Program-made: the position numbers and the translations under genes
From: an uncultured Gemmatimonadaceae bacterium
GTDB taxonomy: Bacteria; Gemmatimonadota; Gemmatimonadetes; Gemmatimonadales; Gemmatimonadaceae
DNA: 64,000 nt
Assembly (NCBI GenBank): GCA_963829055.1
Contig: CAWHHI010000016.1
Coordinates: 192,001-256,000 of the forward strand
Reading direction: 5' to 3'
Shown: positions 29,954 to 38,369 of the stretch, in pieces
Layout: every line of letters begins with the position of its first letter
Numbering within the stretch: position 1 is the stretch's first letter
Notes under the pieces: model-generated
What the model was told of the DNA's origin: nothing
Seen by the model: the letters and a program-made list of their open reading frames with translations, nothing else
Databases searched by the model: none

Positions 29954-30445
29954 GTGAGCCGAAGCTTGAACAAGGTGACCTTGATCGGAAATCTCGGGGC
30001 CGATCCCGAGATTCGATCGACTACAGGCGGCAATCGTGTTGCGACCTTTTCACTCGCCACGAGTCGTTCATGGAGCAGCCCATCGGGTGAGAAGCAGGAA
30101 AAAACCGAATGGCACCGCTGCGTCGTCTGGAATACGAAGGGATCGCAGCTCGCCGACATTGTAGAGAAGTACGTCAAGAAGGGCGACAAGATCTACGTCG
30201 AGGGACGCATCGAGTACCGGCAGTGGACGGACAAGGAAGGCCAGACCCGGTACAGCACCGAGATCAACGTGCGTGAGCTGCTTATGCTGGGCGGCGGCCG
30301 CGGCGGCGGCGACTCCGAGGGAAGCCCCGGAATCACTCGCAGCCGCGCTCCAGAACGCGCCAAGAGCGCGGCTGGTGCGGCCGGCGATGACTTCGAGGAC
30401 TTTCCTGGAGCGCTGAATGACGAGGATGACGATCTTCCGTTCTAA
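29954..30445 (+). CDS. ssb: Single-stranded DNA-binding protein
   Basis: GTG start after AGGAGG; SLNKVTLIGNLGADPE, KTEWH, acidic tail DDDLPF. Confidence 0.97.
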   Translation: MSRSLNKVTLIGNLGADPEIRSTTGGNRVATFSLATSRSWSSPSGEKQEKTEWHRCVVWNTKGSQLADIVEKYVKKGDKIYVEGRIEYRQWTDKEGQTRYSTEINVRELLMLGGGRGGGDSEGSPGITRSRAPERAKSAAGAAGDDFEDFPGALNDEDDDLPF

Positions 30446-31611
30446 CCGAATGGCGATCGCGATGGTGGGGGCCTTGATGGCCCCCACTTTCGCCTTCAGC
30501 CAGGATTCGACTGTGACATCGCGCACACACGTCGTGCGCAAGGGCGATACGCTGTGGGACATCGCTCGCGAGTACACCAACAACCCGTATCGCTGGAAGC
30601 AGGTCTATGACCTGAATACGGCGACGGTGCGCGATCCGCACTGGATCTATCCCGGCGAGCGACTCGTATTGCCGGGCGCCGCGGCGGTGGACAACACCGC
30701 GACCGCTGCGTCGCCGGCGCCGCTCGCGCTCGTTCAGCCGAAGAACGCGCGAAGCCGCAACCGAGCCTATGTCGCAGCCGACGGTGGATCTGTCGACCGC
30801 GCCGATGTACGCACCGCTGGATGGCCCGACGGTGTTCCGTCGCGCGTCGAACGATCGGCCGCGCTCAGTCGTTCCGCGATCGATGCAGGCCGTGCAGATG
30901 CAGTCTCGGGAAGCCGCGCCGACCATTCGGCCTGGTGAGTTCTACACCGCGCCCTACGTCGAGCGCGCCGGCGGGCCTCCGAATGCCGGTCGCATCGTCG
31001 GCACCGGCGATGTTCCGGGCATTCCGCTTACGGAAGCCGAGCGCCCGCTGCAGTCGAACGAACGGATCTTCATCACCGTGCCGCCAGGCATGTCGTCCGC
31101 GGCGGGCGCCCGTTACCTCGCCCTTGGTCGTGGACCGTTGCTGGAAGGCCTTGGTCAGGTCATGATCCCCACCGCGATTGTCGTCGTCGAGCGCGCACAG
31201 CCAGGTCAGGCGGTCGAAGCGCGCATCGTTGCACGCTATGCGGCGGTCGAGATCGGCAACGAGCTCGTCGTGATGGAACCAGCGCCAACGGGCGTCCAGC
31301 GCCCCGTCCCGCAGACGAACGGCCTTCGAACGTCAGTCGTGTGGACGCTCGGCGGACCAGTCCTGCCTTCGCTTCAATCGTACGTCGTCGTTGGCGGCGG
31401 ATCGGCGACGGGCATGCGCGTCGGCGACCAGATCACGTTCTATCGCGAGCAGCGCACGACCCTCGACGGCGTGGTGCTTCCGGAGAGCGAGATCGGGGTG
31501 GCGCAGATTGTCCGCGTGACCGCGCAGGCGTCCACCGCCCTCGTGATCGATCAGTCGTACGGCGCGATCAGCGAAGGGACCGCTGCGCGCGTCTCGGCAA
31601 AGATGCCGTAG
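30426..31611 (+). CDS. Secreted LysM-domain protein, apparent frameshift near 30750
   Basis: Signal peptide, HVVRKGDTLWDIA..NPYRWKQVY..PHWIYPG; body continues in ORF 30769-31611. Confidence 0.75.
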
Positions 31612-31680
31612 GCCCCAGGCCTGGTTACATTAGGGCGACCGTGACTCTGCGATCGCCCTCATGATTGGTACGGATGGCGC

Positions 31681-31712
31681 AGCGGCGCCGCGGCTTCGGC
31701 CGCGGCGCCGCT
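31681..31712. other. Perfect 14-bp hairpin with C(UUCG)G tetraloop
   Basis: AGCGGCGCCGCGGC-TTCG-GCCGCGGCGCCGCT. Confidence 0.75.
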
Positions 31713-31897
31713 TGCACATTGATTCGCTTACTGGTTTGCCCATTGAGCGGTCGCGCGTCTGAATGTGATCGAAGGCACGTCGTGCGTGGGACACGTGACC
31801 AGGCGTGAGCCGTTGGTCTGCACGACGACACGAACCACCACCTCAAGACGGTTTCCCGCGATGCTGCGCCTTCCTGATTCCACCGAGGCACGCTGAC

Positions 31898-32866
31898 GTG
31901 CCACGAGCTCTCGTGACCGGCGGTGCCGGCTTCATCGGATCACACGTCGCTGATCTGTACCTCGAGAACGGGTACGAGGTGACGATTCTCGACAACTTTG
32001 CCTCCGGGCGGCGCGAGAACGTTCCCGCGCGCGCGACGTTGGCGGAGCTCGACCTGACGAGTCCCGCGGCGGCGCAGCTCGTGCGCGACGGCCGTTTCGA
32101 TGTCATCTCGCACCTCGCCGCGCAAATCGACGTGCGGAAGAGCGTCGCCGACCCGATGCACGACGCGACGATCAACATCGTCGGCACGCTGAACGTGGTG
32201 GAGGCGGTGCGCGCGTCGGGGTACGCGACGCGAATCATTTTCTCGTCCACGGGCGGCGCGCTATACGGCGACTTCGTGACGCCTCCGAACATCGAGGACT
32301 ATCCGAAGGATCCCGAATCGCCGTACGGCATCGCGAAGCTGAGCGCGGAGCTCTACCTCGCGTACTACGCGCGCCTGCATCGGATCGACACCGTCGCGCT
32401 GCGCTACGCGAATGTGTACGGACCTCGTCAGGATCCGCACGGAGAGGCGGGTGTCGTCGCCATCTTCTGCAATCGTATCCTAACGAGACAACCACTCACC
32501 GTGTTCGGCGATGGCTCACAGACGCGCGACTACGTGTTCGTGAAGGACGTCGCACGCGCGAACTTCGCGGCAGCGACACGCGATCTCCCGGCACCCGGAC
32601 GGCTCGATGCGCGCGGATTCAACATCGGCACGGGCATCGAGACGTCGGTGATCGAGCTCGCGAACGCACTGCAGAAGAGCGCCAAGTCGGGCGTCCCGAT
32701 CAACAATGCTCCAATGCGCCCGGGTGAGCAGCAGCGTTCCGCTGTCAGCATCGAGAAAGCGCAGCGTGTGCTGGGGTGGCAGCCGACAGTCGGGCTCCAC
32801 GAGGGGCTCGAGGAAACCTTCGCCTTCTTCGCCGAGCGTTTCGGGCGGGAGCGTCAAACGACGTGA
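31898..32866 (+). CDS. NAD-dependent epimerase/dehydratase (UDP-glucose 4-epimerase-like)
   Basis: GTG 31898, VTGGAGFIGSH, HLAAQIDVRKS, YGIAK, NVYGPRQDPHGEAGVVAIF. Confidence 0.9.
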   Translation: MPRALVTGGAGFIGSHVADLYLENGYEVTILDNFASGRRENVPARATLAELDLTSPAAAQLVRDGRFDVISHLAAQIDVRKSVADPMHDATINIVGTLNVVEAVRASGYATRIIFSSTGGALYGDFVTPPNIEDYPKDPESPYGIAKLSAELYLAYYARLHRIDTVALRYANVYGPRQDPHGEAGVVAIFCNRILTRQPLTVFGDGSQTRDYVFVKDVARANFAAATRDLPAPGRLDARGFNIGTGIETSVIELANALQKSAKSGVPINNAPMRPGEQQRSAVSIEKAQRVLGWQPTVGLHEGLEETFAFFAERFGRERQTT

Positions 32867-33582
32867 TCGCGCCCGGCTACTTCCAGATCGGCAAGGCAAT
32901 TCCCACGACCCCGTGGGAGATGGTCACGAACTCGTCGCTCGTGACGCAGATCGTGCTCGGACTGCTGGCGGTGTTATCGCTCCTCAGCTGGGGCGTGATG
33001 TTCGGCAAGTCGGTCGAGTTCCGACGCGTGCGAAAGGCGGCCGACGGGTTCATGCGCAGCTTCGATCGCGCGCAATCGCTCGACGAGGTCGCGACGCTCG
33101 CGAAGCACGCGACGCCAAGCCCGTTCACGCGCGTCTTCGAGCGCGCGGTGCAGTTCCTCACGCAGACGAAGCCCGCGCTCGCGGCGTCGTCGGAGCGCAC
33201 GGCGCGGCTGAGTGGCTCGCAGGTGGAGGCGCTGCGTCTCGTGCTCGATGCGCATACGAACAGTGAGCGCGACTCGCTGTCGCGGTTCATTCCCTGGCTC
33301 GCGACGATCGGGTCGGTCAGCCCGCTCATTGGGCTGCTCGGGACGGTGCTGGGCGTCATTTCGGCCTTCACCGGGATCGCGACACAGGGCTCAGGGAACA
33401 TTGCGGCGGTGGCGCCGGGTATTGGAGAAGCACTGATGGCGACGGCCGCGGCGCTCGCCGTGGCCATTCCCGCGGTGTTCGGGTACAACATCTTCGCGAA
33501 CCGGGTGAACCGGGTCGATAGTGAGCTCGAGGGCTTCGGCTCTGAGCTCATCGCGCTCATGGTTCGCGAAGGGAGGATCTAG
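32863..33582 (+). CDS. tolQ: TolQ (MotA/TolQ/ExbB proton channel)
   Basis: LATIGSVSPLIGLLGTVLG, VAPGIGEALMATAAAL; first gene of the tol-pal cluster. Confidence 0.9.
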   Translation: MIAPGYFQIGKAIPTTPWEMVTNSSLVTQIVLGLLAVLSLLSWGVMFGKSVEFRRVRKAADGFMRSFDRAQSLDEVATLAKHATPSPFTRVFERAVQFLTQTKPALAASSERTARLSGSQVEALRLVLDAHTNSERDSLSRFIPWLATIGSVSPLIGLLGTVLGVISAFTGIATQGSGNIAAVAPGIGEALMATAAALAVAIPAVFGYNIFANRVNRVDSELEGFGSELIALMVREGRI

Positions 33583-33587
33583 GGTTC

Positions 33588-34001
33588 ATGTCGCGTCGTC
33601 GTCGCGGTGAACGATCGCCGCTCAACGCCGAGATCAACGTGGTCAGCCTCATCGACGTGATGATGCTGCTCATGGTGATCTTCATGATCACCGCGCCGAT
33701 CATGCAGGGCGGTGTCGACGTTCGCCTGCCGACCGCTGATGCGAAGCCACTCGATCCGAAGGGCGGGCTGGTCGTGACGGTCGACAAGGCGGGACAGATC
33801 TTCGTCGATGAATCGCGTATGAGCTTCGATGCATTCCGCGCGTCCTTCAAGGCGCTCGCGGGGCGACGGAGCAGTCAGGGCGTGTATCTCCGCGCCGATG
33901 AAGCCGTGAACTACGGACAGGTCGTGCGCGTGCTTGCGGTGATGCGTCAGGCAGGGGTGGGCGATATCGGGCTCGTGGCGGAGCCGATGGGGGCGAAGTA
34001 G
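33588..34001 (+). CDS. tolR: TolR (ExbD/TolR)
   Basis: EINVVSLIDVMMLLMVIFMITAP, LRAD. Confidence 0.9.
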   Translation: MSRRRRGERSPLNAEINVVSLIDVMMLLMVIFMITAPIMQGGVDVRLPTADAKPLDPKGGLVVTVDKAGQIFVDESRMSFDAFRASFKALAGRRSSQGVYLRADEAVNYGQVVRVLAVMRQAGVGDIGLVAEPMGAK

Positions 34002-34711
34002 TGCAGCGCGCTCCGAGCACCACGCGACTCGGTGGACCGCTCGGCATGTCCGTCGTGCTGCATGCGTCGCTCATCGCCGCGGCGATCTTCGTGCGGCCAG
34101 AGGCGCCGAAGGTGTTGCCTCCGGTGTACAAGGTGAATCTCATCGCGGCGCCGGCTGGGCCGCGCGCAATCGGTGAAGTCGCGCCGACACCCACGCCGCC
34201 GACGCCGACACCCGCCGCTCCACCGAAGCGCGCGGAAACGAATCCGCGCGACATGCCGACGCCGACGAAGCCGAAGCCAACGCCGCGAAAGCCGGCGGCG
34301 CCCGCGACGCCCACGCCGGAGGCGAAGAGCACGCCGAAGGACGTACCCGCGACGAAAGCGGGCGGCGGACCAGTGGGCGGTGCAGGCACCGACGTCGTCA
34401 ACGCGAAGACCGAGGGCGTTGAATTTCCGTATCCGGGGTACCTGAACAACATCGTCAGGCAGATCGCGCTCAGGTTCAAGCCGCGGAATCCGGGCGCCCT
34501 TCACGCCCAGGTGTTCTTCATCGTCAGGCGGGATGGGAGTATCGGCGAGTTCCGGTTTCTCACGAAGTCGGGCGTGTACGCATTCGATCTCGAGGCGCAG
34601 GGCGCAATCGAATCTGCGGGATCGGCGAAGGCATTTGGTGGGCTGCCCGACGGTTACGTGAACGACTTTCTGCCCGTAGTGTTTACCTTCGATCCTTCGT
34701 TGTTTCGTTGA
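34001..34711 (+). CDS. TolA/TonB-like energy transducer
   Basis: N-terminal TM with SVVLH, Pro/Lys/Thr-rich linker, TonB_C-like tail. Confidence 0.8.
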   Translation: MQRAPSTTRLGGPLGMSVVLHASLIAAAIFVRPEAPKVLPPVYKVNLIAAPAGPRAIGEVAPTPTPPTPTPAAPPKRAETNPRDMPTPTKPKPTPRKPAAPATPTPEAKSTPKDVPATKAGGGPVGGAGTDVVNAKTEGVEFPYPGYLNNIVRQIALRFKPRNPGALHAQVFFIVRRDGSIGEFRFLTKSGVYAFDLEAQGAIESAGSAKAFGGLPDGYVNDFLPVVFTFDPSLFR

Positions 34712-36031
34712 TGACTCCACTGCTTCGCGCGGCGCTGCTCGGTGTCGCGCTCACGTTCGCGCCGTTCGTATGCGTTGCAGCGCAGGATTCGCTGCCGCCC
34801 GGCGTGCGTCTCGATCTCCGCTACAATCCCGGCACGAAGCCAGGCGTGCTCGTGTTGCGCGTCGCGGGAACGAACGGGGATTCGATCCGTGCGATCCTGC
34901 AGCGAGACTTCGATAACGGCGATCGCATCAACGTCGTCGCCGCCGAAGAGACGGGATTCCCCGACACGCCGACCGCGGGGAAGAACGGCAACTATCCGGT
35001 GTACGCGAAACTGGGTGCGCTCGCGCTCGTGCAGGCCACGCCCACCGCGAGCGGTTTGCACGTCGCGGTGCACGACGTCGCGCTCCAGAAGGTGGCCGGC
35101 GTTAGGGACTTCGTTCTCTCGGGCGCACCGAACTCGCGCGAGTGGCGCATGTCGGTGCACATGGCCTCCGACGAACTCGAGTCGTGGATCACTGGTGTGC
35201 GCGGCATTGCCGCGACGCGCGTTGCCTACGTGCAGGGTGTGCGCGGCAGCAAGCTGTTCATCGTCGATAGCGACGGTGCGTTTCCGACGCCCGTCGGGGA
35301 CGACGCTGGCGTGCTTTCGCCGGCGTGGCATCCGAAAGGGACGCACATCGCGTATTCGCTGGTCGGCGCGCGCGGATGTTGTCAGATCTTCGTCTACGAT
35401 CTCGCGTCAGGCAGCGCGCGGCAGATTTCCGCGGTCGGCGGCGGCTTGAACGCGACGCCGACGTTCTCGCCCGACGGCGGTGTGATTGTGTACACGCACG
35501 GCGAGGAGTCGGGGACGGACCTCTTCGCGACGACCGTGTTCGACCGCGGACCGGCTCGACGGATCACCGTTGGCCGCGGCTCCGACAACACGAGTCCCAC
35601 GTTCAGTCCCGATGGGCGACGATTGGCGTTCACATCGGGGCGACTTGGCCACCCGGAGGTTTATATTAGCGACGCCGACGGGACAAACGTCCAATGGCTG
35701 ACATCCTACAATACGGGCGATCAGAACTATCGATCGAATCCCGATTGGTCGCCCGACGGTCGATTGATCGCGTATCAGGCGCAGCAGACGGATGGTCGAT
35801 TTCAGTTGAGCACCATCTCGCTCCGTGACAAGAGCGTGAAACAGCTGACGAACGACGGGAGCAACGAAGATGCATCGTGGGCTCCTGACAGTCGTCATCT
35901 CGATTTTCTCGTCTACGCGGACGGGAACCAAGCAGCTCTTCGTCATCGACTCGGAGTCGGGTCGGTGGCGACAATTGACGCGGAACGGGGGTGTGCGTCT
36001 ACCTGCATGGTCGCCCCCGCTGACGCGGTAG
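34708..36031 (+). CDS. tolB: TolB beta-propeller protein, +1 frameshift near 35901
   Basis: Repeated PD40-type motifs (PTFSPDG, PDWSPDG); the last blade IFSSTRTG..PAWSPP ends at TAG 36029-36031 in the shifted frame. Confidence 0.87.
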
Positions 36032-36071
36032 ACCCACTCGTTCTTTTCCTGTAACCGTTTTCGGAGAGATC

Positions 36072-36668
36072 ATGCATCGCGCTTCACGAGCCCTAACCTT
36101 CTCGCTCATCGCCCTCGTTGCCCTTGGTGGCTGTAAGAAAAAGCCGCAGGTCGCACCGACTCCGGTGAACACGGCGCCGGCGCCGGCGCCGACGCCGACG
36201 CCGACGCCGCCACCGGAGACTGGCTGCAACGCCGCATGCCGCGATTCGATCGGGCGAGCCGAGGCGGACGCAAAGAATAAGGCAATCGAGACCGCCAGAG
36301 TCGCGCTGACGGCGACCGTCTACTTCGACCTCGATAAGTCCGACATCACCGATGACACCCGCACCAAGCTCGATGCGAAGGTCCCGGTGCTCACGCAGAA
36401 CGCGACGGTAAAGATCCGCATCGCTGGCCACACGGACAGCCGTGGCTCGGACGAGTACAACCTGGCGCTCGGACAGCGGCGCGCCGCGGCGGCCAAGCGT
36501 TACCTTACCGATCGTGGGATCGATGCGAGCCGCATCGAGATCGTCAGCTTTGGTGAGGAACGAGGCACGTGCAGCGACGAGGACGAATCGTGCTGGTCGC
36601 GCAATCGGCGCGACGAGTTCGAGATCACCGCTGGCCAGATTACCGCGGTGCAAACAACCAGCAGGTAG
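36072..36668 (+). CDS. pal: Peptidoglycan-associated lipoprotein Pal
   Basis: Lipobox LGGC, VYFDLDKS, GHTDSRGSDEYNLALGQRRA, NRR. Confidence 0.93.
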   Translation: MHRASRALTFSLIALVALGGCKKKPQVAPTPVNTAPAPAPTPTPTPPPETGCNAACRDSIGRAEADAKNKAIETARVALTATVYFDLDKSDITDDTRTKLDAKVPVLTQNATVKIRIAGHTDSRGSDEYNLALGQRRAAAAKRYLTDRGIDASRIEIVSFGEERGTCSDEDESCWSRNRRDEFEITAGQITAVQTTSR

Positions 36669-36670
36669 CA

Positions 36671-37459
36671 ATGATCCGTTTCACGACTCGGCTTGCACCC
36701 GTCGCGCTCGCGCTGGCGACGGGTGCCTGCTTCGCCACTCGGAGCGACGTCCGGATTCTCCAGGACGACCTCGCAACGACGCGGGCAGCGATGCTCAAAG
36801 CCGACTCCGCGCGCGCGACGCAGATTGCCCAGGTTGCCGCCACGCTGGGCGCGGTGACCGATTCCATCCGGTCCGCGAACGCCACGCTCGCAAAGTGGCA
36901 GGCGACCGTTCAGGGCGACCTGCGCGGTATCCAGGAGCAGCTGCTCCAGGTGCAGGAGCTGACCGGCCAGAGCCAGAACAAACTGAACGACCTGCGCGCG
37001 CAGATGGAGGATCGGGCGACGCAGCCAGCGCCGGGCTCCGTCGCTCCGACGCCCGGTGACTCTACCAAGCCGGCCGGCCCGGGTCCGGCCACGCTGTACA
37101 AGCTGTCGTTCGACCAGATGAGTCGTGGCAGTCACAGCACCGCCCGAAGCGGCTTCCAGGACCTGCTCACGCAGTATCCGACGTCCGACCTCGCGCCCGA
37201 CGCACAGTACTACATTGGGGAGACCTTCCAGGCAGAAGGGAACACGGCCGCGGCCGACTCGGTATTCACCCTGGTCGTCTCGACGTATCCGCGCGCCCCG
37301 CGTGCAGCAACCGCGCTGTACAAGCACGGACTCTTTCTCCAGAAAGCAAAGCGGGATCGTGAAGCACGACAGGCATTCCAGAGCGTCATCGACAAGTACC
37401 CACGGTCCGATGAGGCGGAGCTCGCCCGCGAGCGGCTCAGGTCGGGCGGCGGCGGCTAG
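36671..37459 (+). CDS. cpoB: Tol-pal protein YbgF/CpoB
   Basis: Lipoprotein signal (TGAC), coiled coil, TPR with YPTSDLAPDAQYYIGE; follows pal. Confidence 0.85.
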   Translation: MIRFTTRLAPVALALATGACFATRSDVRILQDDLATTRAAMLKADSARATQIAQVAATLGAVTDSIRSANATLAKWQATVQGDLRGIQEQLLQVQELTGQSQNKLNDLRAQMEDRATQPAPGSVAPTPGDSTKPAGPGPATLYKLSFDQMSRGSHSTARSGFQDLLTQYPTSDLAPDAQYYIGETFQAEGNTAAADSVFTLVVSTYPRAPRAATALYKHGLFLQKAKRDREARQAFQSVIDKYPRSDEAELARERLRSGGGG

Positions 37460-37481
37460 CGTCGCGGGGTCGAGGCTGTAA

Positions 37482-38369
37482 ATGTCGCCAGGCAGCAATG
37501 CGGAGATGCCGTTCCTCGATCACCTCGAGGAACTTCGCTGGCGAATCATCTGGTCGCTCGTAGCGCTCATCGTCGGCGTCGGCGTTGCCTTCTTCATTCT
37601 GCAGCGCTTCGACATCTTCAAGTTCCTCGAAGGGCCGATCCTCCCGTACCTCGGCGGGAACAAGCTCAAATACACACACCCCGCTGACCCGTTCTCGGTG
37701 CTGATCACCGCATCGTTCAGCATCGGGATCGTGATGGCGCTGCCGGTGATCATCTACCAGGTGTGGGCGTTCCTCTCGCCGGCGCTGTACAAGCACGAGA
37801 AGCGGGTCGTCCTGCCGGTCATCTTCGGCGCCATCGTGCTGTTCGTCTGCGGCGTGGCGCTGTCGTTCTACGTCGTGCTGCCGCTCGCCATCGGCTGGCT
37901 CATGGGCATCGCGCAGCAGACCGACGCGCTCGAGCCCATGATCACGTACCGCGAGTATTTCAGCTTCGCCGTGAATATGTCGCTCGCGTTCGGCCTGTGC
38001 TTCGAGCTGCCGATCGTGATCCTGCTGCTGGCGACGCTGGGCCTGGTCACTCCGGAATTTCTGCGACGCTACCGGCGCCACGCACTCGTGCTGTGTGTGG
38101 TCACCGGAGCGCTGCTGTCGCCGGGCGACCTCATCTGGACGACGATGTTGCTCGCCGCGCCGTTGTACCTGTTGTATGAATTGAGCGTGATTCTGACGTC
38201 GATCGTCTACCGTCGCCGGAGAAAGCGCGCGGCCGCGCTGGCGGCCGAGGAGGCCGCCGCTGCCGCTGCGGAGGATGCAGGATCCCCGCGTCGACTCGAT
38301 AGCGAGCCGTGGGAAGGGGGCGGATCCTCGGATGAAGATGCCTCATCGGGGGCTGGGCGCGGGTCATGA
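37482..38369 (+). CDS. tatC: Twin-arginine translocase TatC
   Basis: EMPFLDHLEELRWR, QVWAFLSPALY..EK, FELP, LYELS. Confidence 0.96.
   Translation: MSPGSNAEMPFLDHLEELRWRIIWSLVALIVGVGVAFFILQRFDIFKFLEGPILPYLGGNKLKYTHPADPFSVLITASFSIGIVMALPVIIYQVWAFLSPALYKHEKRVVLPVIFGAIVLFVCGVALSFYVVLPLAIGWLMGIAQQTDALEPMITYREYFSFAVNMSLAFGLCFELPIVILLLATLGLVTPEFLRRYRRHALVLCVVTGALLSPGDLIWTTMLLAAPLYLLYELSVILTSIVYRRRRKRAAALAAEEAAAAAAEDAGSPRRLDSEPWEGGGSSDEDASSGAGRGS

Noticed and set aside
34180..36215. CCGACG/CCGGCG-type repeats in the tolA-like gene and pal
   Set aside because: They encode ordinary Pro-Thr/Pro-Ala linkers.
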